The notes beneath the pieces were generated by a model that did not search any database, was not told the origin of the DNA, and saw nothing but the letters and a program-made list of their open reading frames with translations. A stretch of 64,000 bases of DNA from an uncultured virus (IMG/VR IMGVR_UViG_3300032053_018320). Lineage: Duplodnaviria; Heunggongvirae; Uroviricota; Caudoviricetes. The DNA lies in the IMG/VR virus record IMGVR_UViG_3300032053_018320. The stretch is one strand, 5' to 3'. This document shows, one piece after another, positions 28,915 through 39,201 of the stretch. Position numbers and translations under genes: made by a program. The stretch's first letter is position 1. Every line of letters begins with the position of its first letter.

Positions 28915-30194
28915 AATTTACCCACCGTCACAGACGATGATTGTTTCATTTTCTTGATGTCTCGCATGAATCTATCATACGCTACATCGTAACCACGTTC
29001 CATTGCCATATCTATGAAGTCAAGCGCTTGTTCAATATCTGGAGCAGCCTTTACTATATAGTCACGAAGTTCTGACTGACTCGTTGAATATGCTTTCAAT
29101 TTCTCGACAAAATTCACATACACATACAGATTGTGGATTGAAATTAGACCACCCGGCAACGAACCAGGCTGTCGCAATATCTCTGGATTTAGAACGACGG
29201 AACATACTGGGCAATTACACGGCAACACCTTCAACTGACTCGTGTTATTAGCACCAAATTCAAGCACATTTTTCATATCGTCCATCCAATACACTCGTCT
29301 AATGTTGCCTTGCGAACCATACGATGATGAATCCATCGTCAATTTGATGTCTCGTCGATAAGTGAAAGCATATAACAAGATCATCGTTGTGTTATACCCA
29401 GATAAAGCGAGATAATGAAATCGTTTATTTTCCGGCACGTTTTGTAGGGCATAAAAACACCCACGAGCGACCGCGAGTGGATCGGAGTATTTACAGGATA
29501 TCGATACGCCGGAAAAATCATCGTAATCGAGCCCCGTCCTATCTTTCAAGACTTTTCTTGCATTCAACATCTGTGCCCAGTCATATCCATGAGCAACGAA
29601 TACCATTTCGTAGGAATCGTCACTCCAATGCTCGTGTTGTAATTTCGCATTGTCTGCCGTTTTCTCTTGGCATTTGACGAGATGACTGCCGTGAGTCAAT
29701 GTCCACGTATTCGCTGCGTCTTGTAATAATGGCGGAATATCCAACGTAAAGCCCCAATTACAATTGAATTGTTGCCATTCAAGGGCTTTAAGCGGATCGA
29801 TATTAACGTGCTGGGTAACAACTTGAAATCCACCTGAGTCTCCACAGAGTGAAAACTTATCCTTCGACGGAATTCCAAACTTAGCACGGAAATCAGCGTG
29901 ATCTTTACCATACCAATACGAGACCAACATATGTGGATAATAGAAAAATGACGAAACGACGTCATCATTCATTCTCCACCACGAAACGTCGAACTCCTTA
30001 TCAGCGTCCTTCAGTTTCAAGAATGATCGATTTTCCATTCCACTCATTGACGGCACGAATACATTATGATTCTCTACCGGTTGTGTGTATTGATTGCCCG
30101 GCATCGTTGCTGGAATAAATGTCGCTTTCGACAAATATTTATGCATTACTTCTGGTCCTGTGTCTGCTACTGCCATTGGTTCTTCTTCAGTCAT
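28911..30194 (-). CDS. TGT-fold transglycosylase, probably DNA-acting (DpdA-like)
   Basis: DSGGFQ, LDIPP, HYL, DSSS, CNCPVC...HN Zn site; next to preQ0 genes and polB. Confidence 0.85.
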   Translation of the reverse strand: MTEEEPMAVADTGPEVMHKYLSKATFIPATMPGNQYTQPVENHNVFVPSMSGMENRSFLKLKDADKEFDVSWWRMNDDVVSSFFYYPHMLVSYWYGKDHADFRAKFGIPSKDKFSLCGDSGGFQVVTQHVNIDPLKALEWQQFNCNWGFTLDIPPLLQDAANTWTLTHGSHLVKCQEKTADNAKLQHEHWSDDSYEMVFVAHGYDWAQMLNARKVLKDRTGLDYDDFSGVSISCKYSDPLAVARGCFYALQNVPENKRFHYLALSGYNTTMILLYAFTYRRDIKLTMDSSSYGSQGNIRRVYWMDDMKNVLEFGANNTSQLKVLPCNCPVCSVVLNPEILRQPGSLPGGLISIHNLYVYVNFVEKLKAYSTSQSELRDYIVKAAPDIEQALDFIDMAMERGYDVAYDRFMRDIKKMKQSSSVTVGKL

Positions 30195-32373
30195 CGTCTA
30201 ACTCCTCACCAAATTGCATCGGCACTGGAATATAATCCCAATATCCGATTGCATTTAATCTTGTTGCTATTTCCTTCTTGATACTTGCTTGATACCCATC
30301 ATCGATCTTTGCTGGGTCCGGCTCATTTTTCAACTCATTAAAAATGTCGATGATTGGTTTATCACCAATCAGAACCGCTCCGTGATCTGTTAATAAATGT
30401 AAGGCACCATTCGTCAGTCGTTCGTTTCCGAATTTGAAAGCACGATCCATTCCCGTGAACCCTATTCGATCCTTGCAATAATTCGACTTCAACGCAGTTA
30501 TGAGCGTTGAAATCACGGCAAGTGCAACTATTTCCATTGACTCCAACCTATTAAAGTCTGGTAAATGCACGTATGCGTTATCCATATAGATAGGATGCTT
30601 GGATAATGAACGCGTTCCGACTACAGTTGACCACAACGCGTAGATTAACTCCGATGGAACATTAGGAATTCCCAAATCGATCTTGACATTGTCACGTGAT
30701 ACCTCAGCGCCGAACCCATCTTGAATATTGATACCGATGATTTTTGGATATGGCTCGCTGAAATACGACGATCTAAACACCCACAAGGCATCGTCACTCG
30801 TTTCGTTGACATACAAACTGCCGTCACGATATCTCCACCCTGTTCTCAAGAGATTCGACTTTTTCAACCCGATTCGCTTGTCGTCACTCATGAATGTTAA
30901 ACTTTCTATGTTAGTATTGGTGTCCGGACTATACCGCCAAATTGTAAACGCTATTGGTTTGTCCTTAGAAACACTATTGAATTTCTTACCACTGAAAATA
31001 TCGCCACTAATGAATTCAAAGTCCTTGAGCAAGGCATTCAAGACTTTATTATATCTATCTCTACCACAATAGACTCCAGCAGGCGCAAAAGTGGCAATAT
31101 ATCCACTACCGTGCATCTTGATGATCTCGATCATTCGACCAATGGCTGGTAAAACGAGATCACCACGACCATACTTATCGCCAATATCGCCATAATCTAT
31201 CTTCTTTTTTCGTGACTTTTTATCGGCTGCTATTTCATTTTTCTTCGATTGTAGTTTATTGGTCATCGAAGTGCCAAATGGTGGATTCGTAAGGATGAGT
31301 AGATTTCCGTCAGTTGGTATCTTGAACGCAGTAATTAAATCCATCGTGAGTGTCGTGAACATATCTATGTTGGTGAAAAACCATTTTTTGCCTTGATGTT
31401 TCTTTCGCAACATATTGATAAAATCTGTGTTAATATCATTGCCGACACCTGGGTATAAATCGACTATCGCTTCGATCAATGACCCAGCACCAACATACGG
31501 CTCAATTATATAGTCTGGATTTATGCCCTTGACGATTTCCGTGATCTCTTTGTTGATCACATCCTTCGTGAAAAATCTACCACGAGCGTGACGACTTTGG
31601 ATGGATTCTAATCTATCAAATTGATGTAACACATCCCTTGTGTCGTTTGATTTAACTCTAAGCGATTCGAGCAAAACTTTGTCACGTGCATCCTTGATCG
31701 GTTTATAATCGAAATCGTAAATCTTATCCACGTTAATTTCATATTCGATGAATGTTTCTTTTTTCTTGGTTGTAACGTTAGTGAAAAATTTACCAGTATT
31801 GATGTTGATGATCCATCCATCATCATTCACGACGATACTTTGATGTTTTGAATGAAGATCAGCAATGTATGTTATGAATTTAATGGGATTAATCCTATAC
31901 TTCTCGAATATTTTCGTGAAATGTTCAAGATTTTCATCATCGATGAAAATTTCTCGTTTACTTTCCTTGAGATTGAGTTTACCTTTGTAATCATGCAATA
32001 TGTGACATTCGCCAAGTAATTGGAATGCCCGTTCATTCCATTCAGTTGTGTCAACTGAACTAGGCGATCGTTGAAGCGTTGGATCGATGGATCGTGCAAA
32101 CTCCTTCATCAATTCCATTGCTGGTGCCTTGAAAATTCTCAATTCTGTTGCTGTTGCCAATCCAATATATTTAACTCGTGCGATCGTTCCCTTCGCAATT
32201 GCATATATGATTTGCGCTGGTGAGAAATGATCTGGCTTGACTTCAATATAGACTTTAGCAACAGTATCGATTAAATCAAAGTTCTGAGCAACGACATCGA
32301 AACTGAATCCTTGCTTGTTAAGCCACACTGCTATTTTTCGCTGTAAATCCTTTTCATCTTCGTATCGTATCAT
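30187..32373 (-). CDS. fused PD-(D/E)XK nuclease and gamma-class N6-adenine methyltransferase (type IIG/IIL-like)
   Basis: N-terminal EKDLQ...FDL...YIEVK; GRFFT, EPYVGAGSL, TNPPFG. Confidence 0.75.
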   Translation of the reverse strand: MIRYEDEKDLQRKIAVWLNKQGFSFDVVAQNFDLIDTVAKVYIEVKPDHFSPAQIIYAIAKGTIARVKYIGLATATELRIFKAPAMELMKEFARSIDPTLQRSPSSVDTTEWNERAFQLLGECHILHDYKGKLNLKESKREIFIDDENLEHFTKIFEKYRINPIKFITYIADLHSKHQSIVVNDDGWIININTGKFFTNVTTKKKETFIEYEINVDKIYDFDYKPIKDARDKVLLESLRVKSNDTRDVLHQFDRLESIQSRHARGRFFTKDVINKEITEIVKGINPDYIIEPYVGAGSLIEAIVDLYPGVGNDINTDFINMLRKKHQGKKWFFTNIDMFTTLTMDLITAFKIPTDGNLLILTNPPFGTSMTNKLQSKKNEIAADKKSRKKKIDYGDIGDKYGRGDLVLPAIGRMIEIIKMHGSGYIATFAPAGVYCGRDRYNKVLNALLKDFEFISGDIFSGKKFNSVSKDKPIAFTIWRYSPDTNTNIESLTFMSDDKRIGLKKSNLLRTGWRYRDGSLYVNETSDDALWVFRSSYFSEPYPKIIGINIQDGFGAEVSRDNVKIDLGIPNVPSELIYALWSTVVGTRSLSKHPIYMDNAYVHLPDFNRLESMEIVALAVISTLITALKSNYCKDRIGFTGMDRAFKFGNERLTNGALHLLTDHGAVLIGDKPIIDIFNELKNEPDPAKIDDGYQASIKKEIATRLNAIGYWDYIPVPMQFGEELDDD

Positions 32374-32393
32374 GAGTTCGTTTCACCCGTGTT

Positions 32394-32588
32394 CTACCAT
32401 ATAACTTTTTCGTTACATTGATTGCAAAATGTCGTGACAATCGTTATCAATTCTCGTGAATTCCAAGAAGTATTCTTATCAACGTTTGAACGTAACACGA
32501 ATTCATCTGCGCATCGTGAACTTGGTTTCATGAAGATATTCCCACACGAACAACGAAATATCAAGATTTCCGGTGGTAATGAACTCAT
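32394..32588 (-). CDS. small Zn-ribbon protein
   Basis: CSCG...CNQC; ATG overlaps the upstream stop. Confidence 0.5.
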   Translation of the reverse strand: MSSLPPEILIFRCSCGNIFMKPSSRCADEFVLRSNVDKNTSWNSRELITIVTTFCNQCNEKVIW

Positions 32589-32983
32589 TTTTTTTGAATC
32601 ACCATGAATTTTTCTTGAAGCGTTTGAATGAATGCCCAAAAGTTGCTGAGTGATCCACCATCAAGACGTTCGATTGGTGCCTTGAGATTGAACAAAACAT
32701 CGAAGAAGTTTTCCCACGACTCTTGCTTGCCAGTTAACGGAATTACTTTCGATAAATCTATGTGACCTTCATGACAAACCGGACATTTAACGATATCGAT
32801 CGTTCCTTGCTGCCATAACGTTTCATCACATTGACATTCATCTGCCAAAACGCTTATAGCGTATGTATCCATTCTATCGACGTTTTCTTGTCTCGCTATT
32901 TCGTGACAATTACCAGACCCCAATTCGCCTTGATCTGGTTTGTAAAATTGACAAGTTCCACATCGTTTTGTTTCTATGCTCAT
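32585..32983 (-). CDS. Cys-rich hypothetical protein
   Basis: CGTC..., CPVC motifs. Confidence 0.55.
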   Translation of the reverse strand: MSIETKRCGTCQFYKPDQGELGSGNCHEIARQENVDRMDTYAISVLADECQCDETLWQQGTIDIVKCPVCHEGHIDLSKVIPLTGKQESWENFFDVLFNLKAPIERLDGGSLSNFWAFIQTLQEKFMVIQKK

Positions 32984-33624
32984 AATGTATCACCGTTATG
33001 AATTAATGATAGAAACTCCGATCGTGTTTGAGCGTTTTCCTTGAAACCACCACGAACGGATGATGTAACCATTCTCGTGTGAGCCATCTTGACACCACGC
33101 ATGACTTCACAGAGATGCACTGCTTCGATGACGACCATCACTCCCTTGAAACCCAACTTCAATTCACTGTCTGGAAGTTCTGTTCCTATTTCGCAAGCAC
33201 CCTGTTCACGTGTCTCAGTTTCAAAGAGAAAGTCTGCTATTTGATTCGTTAATCGTTCTTGTAATTGAAGTCGACAGGCAAAAACTTGTGCTATTCGTGC
33301 TAATTTTGATAATCCAAGCACTTTACCGCTTGGAATATACCCGATATGGATATGACCATAGAATGGTAGTAAATGATGTTCACATAATGAATAGAAATCG
33401 ATGCCTCGTGAAATGATCATTTCATCCGTTTTCGTTTCAAATGTCTTCAAATAATCATTCGGATTGATACGATACCCACACAGAATCTCGTCCATCATTT
33501 TACCAACTCGTGATGGAGTATCAATCAAAACATCTCGTGAAACAGCATCTATTCCGGCCTGTTCAACTAATAATCCAAGAAATTTTTCAACATATTCCTT
33601 GACAGCGTCTTTAACTTCGATCAT
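32980..33624 (-). CDS. folE: GTP cyclohydrolase I
   Basis: [37 protein letters not shown]. Confidence 0.95.
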   Translation of the reverse strand: MIEVKDAVKEYVEKFLGLLVEQAGIDAVSRDVLIDTPSRVGKMMDEILCGYRINPNDYLKTFETKTDEMIISRGIDFYSLCEHHLLPFYGHIHIGYIPSGKVLGLSKLARIAQVFACRLQLQERLTNQIADFLFETETREQGACEIGTELPDSELKLGFKGVMVVIEAVHLCEVMRGVKMAHTRMVTSSVRGGFKENAQTRSEFLSLIHNGDTL

Positions 33625-34365
33625 TTATCTCACGTTCATTAGTTTATGTAACTGTATTCCTACTCGTAATGTATTGAAAGATCGTGATATTTCGTTTTGT
33701 TGAATTGTATTTTCCAAGGTAAGCAACGACTCCATATATTCAGAGATATTTGCTTTGTTTGGCGAAAACTCTGGTTGAATTGTTATCGAAATATCTCGCA
33801 GTTCTTGCTTGAACTTTTCGATGATTGAAACGATCATCGTCAAATCATCGTCACTACCAGCAACGAACTTGAACTCAAGATTGGCTGTCGTATGAATCCA
33901 TTCACGAACGATGTTTGATGGATTCAATCGTTCGTCGTTCATCAATTCGTTCATCGTCATCGTATCGCCAAAACTTGACACTAACTTTGGGCTCACGACG
34001 AAATGGATATCACCAAGGTATTTAGCACTAATCTTGTCGACCAATATACCGTTAGTTTCCATCGATACACGATATGACTTATCGATGTATAACTTCATGA
34101 AGGATTGAATTTGTTTGAATTGAAGGAGCGGCTCGCCACCAGTGAAACAAATGTTATGCATTCCAGAGTTATGCAATTCACTCAGCACATGAAGGAACGG
34201 CATCGTGATCGCATCTTTCGACATTTGCTCCTTGGTATCACACCACACACAATCGAGATTACAGCCGCTCAATCGGATGAAAAATGTTAATTCACCCATC
34301 CTTGTGCCTTCACCTTGGATAGAAGGAAAAATTTCGAGCACTTTGAATTCTTCATTTATTGACAT
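33625..34365 (-). CDS. queE: 7-carboxy-7-deazaguanine synthase (radical SAM)
   Basis: EIFPSIQGEG, FIRLSGCNLDCVWCDT, TGGEP, ETNG, SPK, QLHK. Confidence 0.92.
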   Translation of the reverse strand: MSINEEFKVLEIFPSIQGEGTRMGELTFFIRLSGCNLDCVWCDTKEQMSKDAITMPFLHVLSELHNSGMHNICFTGGEPLLQFKQIQSFMKLYIDKSYRVSMETNGILVDKISAKYLGDIHFVVSPKLVSSFGDTMTMNELMNDERLNPSNIVREWIHTTANLEFKFVAGSDDDLTMIVSIIEKFKQELRDISITIQPEFSPNKANISEYMESLLTLENTIQQNEISRSFNTLRVGIQLHKLMNVR

Positions 34366-34377
34366 TTGATGTTCACC

Positions 34378-34839
34378 TTACAATTCTTCTGCATTCATCG
34401 TTGATATTACAGAATTTTTTGGAGACTCGAATACTTCGACTGTAATTGATTGAATATGCTGTTTAACATTAGCCAATAAGTTTGTTATGTCCTTCGATAT
34501 CTTGGTAGAAATGTTCTCGGCAGTGGGATTCTCGATGTCACCCCATTTGAATGGCGTATCAAGTAAATTAACACCAAATGAACTTTCGATATTAGCCAAT
34601 ACATCTTCACCAAACGGACATTTATTCAATATTCTGTGATCGTAAGTATCGTTGATGTAATTCTTGATGATCGAGAAATCGATGATCATACCATCATTTA
34701 GAATGGTATTGACACCAATCTTGATATTCACGGTCCAACGATGACCATGAAGATTCATGCACTTGCCCTCATAAAAAGGTAAAAAATGGGCGGCGTCGAA
34801 GTCGACGCTCGTCGAAAGAATGTTAGACAAAGTCATCAT
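34378..34839 (-). CDS. queD: 6-carboxytetrahydropterin synthase
   Basis: FDAAH, CMNLHGH, IDF, DH..LN, PTAEN, VFES; true start probably the ATG at 34839 or 34836, not 35043. Confidence 0.92.
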   Translation of the reverse strand: MMTLSNILSTSVDFDAAHFLPFYEGKCMNLHGHRWTVNIKIGVNTILNDGMIIDFSIIKNYINDTYDHRILNKCPFGEDVLANIESSFGVNLLDTPFKWGDIENPTAENISTKISKDITNLLANVKQHIQSITVEVFESPKNSVISTMNAEEL

Positions 34840-35827
34840 CTTCTGCCGCTGCCGCTGCCGCATTTGGTGCTGGAGTGTCTCCGTTGTGACTCTCGGCGAC
34901 GACTTGTTCGACGTGAGTCGTTTGCGTCGCTTGTTGTTCACTGCTACCAAAGTCGACAAACATTGTTTCCTCGGCAATGGCAACTTCGTTATCCGGCACA
35001 CGAGCGGCGATGAATAAGACCATCTTGTATTTCTCCGTTTCACTGATGACTATCATCGGACTCTTATCACCCATCCGAATGACCACATCACCACTCAAAT
35101 TATTGAAGGCTGAGTCTATACCAACCTGATAATCACCTGAACATTCAGGTCCAGAGATCGTGACAGACGAGATATGACGCTCGATGGAATCAAAGTCATT
35201 CTTTGCTTGAACGACGATTTCCAGTTTATCACCTTCACTCTTGACCACGGAGATAGGATAGAAAACTTGTTCCATCAAGGTTCCATCCGCCACGACTGGC
35301 TTCAAGTCCTTCATATTAGCCTTGATGACTGTAGCGAGGTCTTGATCCTTGTATTTCCAGATCGGACCTTTTGTATCAAACTTCTCCGTGATCGACTTTG
35401 CGAAGGCTGGATACTGCAAGTTTTCATACGCAACATTCCTAACTTTTGCAGTAAGGTCTTTCGTCTTTAGCGTGATGATCTTGTCAAACTCAACGACGAC
35501 ATCACCATCCATTTTTAATTTGGTGACATATTCGAGAAGTTTTCCATTATATCCACACCACACTATTCCGTCAGTGATGACTTGGGCAACATTGTAGGTT
35601 AGCTGACCATATACATTGCCTGTTTTGTTGGACATAACGACTTTCAGTTTCCCGGCGCTCACGACACCTTCGAACTCGGGAAACAGTTCGTCAGATTTCC
35701 TTTTCGTTTCACCTTCGACTGTCAATGCCCCTGTCATCGTTACTAATTTCACGAAATCCACGAGGTCTTTCACGGGCATCTTGATCTTGGGTGTCTTGTT
35801 TTCTTCTTTCGTTGCTTTTTTTGCCAT
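34823..35827 (-). CDS. divergent PCNA-like DNA sliding clamp with an acidic C-terminal tail
   Basis: two helix/sheet half-domains of PCNA length; ends VVIRMGDKSPMIV...LFIAARV (cf. PCNA LAPR); located in the replication operon. Confidence 0.65.
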   Translation of the reverse strand: MAKKATKEENKTPKIKMPVKDLVDFVKLVTMTGALTVEGETKRKSDELFPEFEGVVSAGKLKVVMSNKTGNVYGQLTYNVAQVITDGIVWCGYNGKLLEYVTKLKMDGDVVVEFDKIITLKTKDLTAKVRNVAYENLQYPAFAKSITEKFDTKGPIWKYKDQDLATVIKANMKDLKPVVADGTLMEQVFYPISVVKSEGDKLEIVVQAKNDFDSIERHISSVTISGPECSGDYQVGIDSAFNNLSGDVVIRMGDKSPMIVISETEKYKMVLFIAARVPDNEVAIAEETMFVDFGSSEQQATQTTHVEQVVAESHNGDTPAPNAAAAAAEDDDFV

Positions 35828-35833
35828 TCAATA

Positions 35834-36949
35834 TCACACTATTGAATCTTCTTGTTCTACCACTTCCGTGGTTTGCTGGGTTTTCTTTGTTTTCTTTTGA
35901 GCAGGTTTGGCGGGCTGCTCTTGGGGTTGTTCTTGCAGAGACTCCTTCGCTCGCATTTCATCGAGTAAATATCCATGTGAAATCGGACAGATCATTTCAA
36001 CCAACTTCACATAGGTAGGATTCTTGAGTTCCTGTCGCCGAAGTGGAATGATGCCCGAATCTGGCGCTGGATCGATGATGTCGTCGTATTGACTCGTGAT
36101 AATGGACCCTTTTCGACCCAATTTATTTCCGTGTCCATCATATTCAAACATCAACCGAAATTCAACGTCGATATTGAACGGGATGTCCTTGAACCGACGA
36201 GGCGAGAAATTACCTGTTCGACGAACTCTCGTTTTGCCGGGTCGATCTGGATCGGGTTCGAACTCCATATCTTCCTTTTCACGAGATGTCATGATGATAT
36301 GCTGTTTCAAACCTTGGAGATATGGTAATAACCAGCCCCAAATATCATCACGAACCATCCAATCACTTGGCTGAAGGCGAATCATTTCCATCAACTCAGA
36401 ACCTTCAGCACCTCGTTGAACGAGCACATACTGGATATATTTCCGAATCCAATTCGTGACATCGGTCACACTGTCGATGACGATCGTTCCAGTTTCGAAA
36501 TTCTTGGCGATATAGAGCAATGTCTGATAGAATTGCTTGAGAGCCTCGGTCGGATTGATATGATATGGTTTGTTATTATCGGGGCAGAAGATTTCCTTGA
36601 TCCGTATGTCTTTATGACGAAATGCTGGGTGAAATTTCAATTTCTTCGCCTTTCGCTCGGTATCAATGATGAACACTGGTTCACCTATTGGAATTATCTT
36701 CTTTTCAAGCAATGTTCTCAAGCCGGGAGTCAAATTTGGATTGTCAGTTGATAATGACGATGCTGACATAGCGAAGAAGGTTTTACCAGCCTTTTCAATG
36801 GCGTGAACCTCCATCTTGAATCCGATTCCATCGAGATTCTCGGCATTCAATTGAATGATGCTGTCAGCAATCGCCTGTAATTCCGCGTCGACCCACTCTG
36901 ACTGATTTGGGTCAGCAAACGGATTTATCACTTGACCACTCAAACCCAA
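35834..36949 (-). CDS. RecA-fold P-loop ATPase, Sak4/AAA_24-like recombinase
   Basis: AxxxAGKT Walker A, IDTE, IVIDS Walker B, adjacent to the putative SSB. Confidence 0.75.
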   Translation of the reverse strand: MGLSGQVINPFADPNQSEWVDAELQAIADSIIQLNAENLDGIGFKMEVHAIEKAGKTFFAMSASSLSTDNPNLTPGLRTLLEKKIIPIGEPVFIIDTERKAKKLKFHPAFRHKDIRIKEIFCPDNNKPYHINPTEALKQFYQTLLYIAKNFETGTIVIDSVTDVTNWIRKYIQYVLVQRGAEGSELMEMIRLQPSDWMVRDDIWGWLLPYLQGLKQHIIMTSREKEDMEFEPDPDRPGKTRVRRTGNFSPRRFKDIPFNIDVEFRLMFEYDGHGNKLGRKGSIITSQYDDIIDPAPDSGIIPLRRQELKNPTYVKLVEMICPISHGYLLDEMRAKESLQEQPQEQPAKPAQKKTKKTQQTTEVVEQEDSIV

Positions 36950-38541
36950 TCATCCTCGCTCTTTTTTGCAGCGGCAGGTGTCTGACCGGTTGGCGCTGGA
37001 CGAGTTATTTCATCGACCTGAGTACCGTTGTTAGTTGGCTCTGACGGTTCATCATCTTCGACAACACTTGTTACTTGAGTTGTCTGCGTTTGGGGTGCCT
37101 TATTTATCACGACGGCAGCGACTGAAACATTTGATGGTTCCGGACCAGCCAGATCATCAGTCTTGAAGTCTACTTGGAACGATCCTTCGCTGACATCCAT
37201 CTTTATTTGCTTTGGTCTGCCACCATCAACCACGAAGAAACCCCATACTTCGATCTCTGGATCACGCAATTGACCAACGAGAGTTCGCTTCGTCTGGAAG
37301 TCGTATTTTTCCCGACGATTGATTTTACCAACGACAGCCAACTCACAGAACGATGTGATTTGATTTCCATCCATGAACTCCCATACATAGTTTGGAATAT
37401 ACGCTTGGATTGCTGTTTGAACTTTGCCGTCACTGCTCTTCAATGCCATCGATGAATCTTCCATTTCGATTTTCCACATTCCACGACCATCTGGCGATCG
37501 AGCAACACTAAGAACAGTTCCTTTGTAAATCACCCAATAGGATTGTTCATCCTTATGATCATTCCAAACCTTGGTGAGATCAGCGCCAACAACTACCTTA
37601 TTTTTCAAGGTGGTTGTCAACAATTTTTTCACTTCGTCTTTTGGCAACTGGCGTTTGTTATCGTTGACATTTGTTTGTTGAACCCACGAAATCTTGAGAC
37701 CACCATCGTCAGTATCGGACAACTTCAAGAATGTTTGTGCTTCACAAAAACCAGCACTAACGATGTCGTCGAAGTAGAAGAATGGTTTAACATTACCACA
37801 CAGAACCTTGGTAACTTTCTTCGTCTTTGGATCGGTGACATCAGAAACTGTTGGACATTTTTTATACGGACTTTCTTTGCCGCATTTTTCACAACGAAGA
37901 TGGATGATCGAGTCGTTAGATTCACCACCAATACCAACCGTGTAAGCGACAGTTCGCTTTTTGTCAGTTGATTCGGTGAATACTCCCACGACATTGGCAA
38001 GATATGATGATTCCACCTTGAATGGCTTACCTTTATCATCGCCCTTATTGTCACGATGTTCAATTGGAATACCATCCATGGTCACCAATTTATCTTCATT
38101 GACCAATTTGTTCAACAATGCCGAATTACCTTGATCCGCTTGAGCCTTTGCTTCGGCAAACATTTGGATTCTTTTATGTTTCCAATTTCCAATATAGTCG
38201 TTGGGCCGACTTACACCCAACACAATGAGTTTTCCAGCGGAAGCCTTACTAGCAAGACGCCGCCTACACGCCGCACTATATGCCCTTTCCACAACCGATT
38301 GAATGGCTTCCATATCACCTGACTCGACCAAATCTGATCGGTCGGGAAGCAATTCATTCACGACGAAATCGCGCATATCCTTTTCTAGTTCCTTCAAGGC
38401 CATTCCCATATCCTTGTAACGCTTGTCCTTGAGAAACTTACCGTCAACCGCGGCTGTAAGCTCTGCAATTTTTGCCTTATCAACGACTGGAGTCGTCGAA
38501 TCAACGGCATTTTCTTGGTTTTCTTCAGCCACTAACTTCAC
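36940..38541 (-). CDS. putative OB-fold ssDNA-binding/RPA-like protein with Zn finger
   Basis: beta-rich segments, CEKC..C..C insert, flexible tail ending in acidic/aromatic EDDWV; replication context. Confidence 0.45.
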   Translation of the reverse strand: MKLVAEENQENAVDSTTPVVDKAKIAELTAAVDGKFLKDKRYKDMGMALKELEKDMRDFVVNELLPDRSDLVESGDMEAIQSVVERAYSAACRRRLASKASAGKLIVLGVSRPNDYIGNWKHKRIQMFAEAKAQADQGNSALLNKLVNEDKLVTMDGIPIEHRDNKGDDKGKPFKVESSYLANVVGVFTESTDKKRTVAYTVGIGGESNDSIIHLRCEKCGKESPYKKCPTVSDVTDPKTKKVTKVLCGNVKPFFYFDDIVSAGFCEAQTFLKLSDTDDGGLKISWVQQTNVNDNKRQLPKDEVKKLLTTTLKNKVVVGADLTKVWNDHKDEQSYWVIYKGTVLSVARSPDGRGMWKIEMEDSSMALKSSDGKVQTAIQAYIPNYVWEFMDGNQITSFCELAVVGKINRREKYDFQTKRTLVGQLRDPEIEVWGFFVVDGGRPKQIKMDVSEGSFQVDFKTDDLAGPEPSNVSVAAVVINKAPQTQTTQVTSVVEDDEPSEPTNNGTQVDEITRPAPTGQTPAAAKKSEDDWV

Positions 38542-38785
38542 CTTTTTTAATTTGGACCACCATGACTATTTCGTCTTGAAGATCAAATACACGAATTCTT
38601 GATTTTCGTTTATAACTACCCTTTTCGTGCAAAAATTCTGTCGCGTCGGTCCTTGGTATTGGCACTGACGGCATCACAACGCCTGGTTGCTGTTGCCTCA
38701 ATTGCATAATTATGGGTTCCATCGGTGAATCGATGAACTCCCGTAATGTGTCTTCTATACCCATTTTTCTATCACTTACCGACAA
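38525..38785 (-). CDS. hypothetical protein, first gene of the replication operon
   Basis: ORF just below the promoter near 38885. Confidence 0.5.
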   Translation of the reverse strand: MSVSDRKMGIEDTLREFIDSPMEPIIMQLRQQQPGVVMPSVPIPRTDATEFLHEKGSYKRKSRIRVFDLQDEIVMVVQIKKGEVSG

Positions 38786-38856
38786 GCCACATTCATGACT
38801 CCTTGATTGGCGACTTATTGACAGTCAATCAGTGATCATGAGAAGAATCATGAAGG

Positions 38857-38895
38857 TTAATCCATAAATGGATTAATTCAATATAAAGATTTTCC
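38857..38895 (-). promoter_or_regulatory. BRE-TATA promoter followed by a 20-bp palindromic operator candidate
   Basis: minus strand reads GAAAATCTTTATAT then TTAATCCAT-TT-ATGGATTAA (perfect 9-bp inverted repeat). Confidence 0.6.
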
Positions 38896-39201
38896 GACTG
38901 AACGGTTAATGAAACGTTCATTAGCAGATCATCAACTGCCTATGTGAAAACATATTTATAGTTTGGACAATGATATAACAGGTCTTTACCAAATTGTCGC
39001 CATAATTAACCCAACCATACGAATGGTGACGAAAGGCAACGACTGTTAAATTAGCGTTATGACAACCCTTCACGAAACCGTGTTTGTTTGAGTCACGATG
39101 CTTGTTTCGATGACTCGACGAAAGAACGGCAAACGTCGTGGAATCACCAAAAAATTTAAAATTGTCGTTGATGGATCATCGATACATTGATGTGATATAT
39201 C

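Noticed and set aside
34840..35043. Long N-terminal extension of QueD as given in the ORF track
   Set aside because: It overlaps the clamp gene in another frame; QueD motifs start only after the ATGs at 34839/34836
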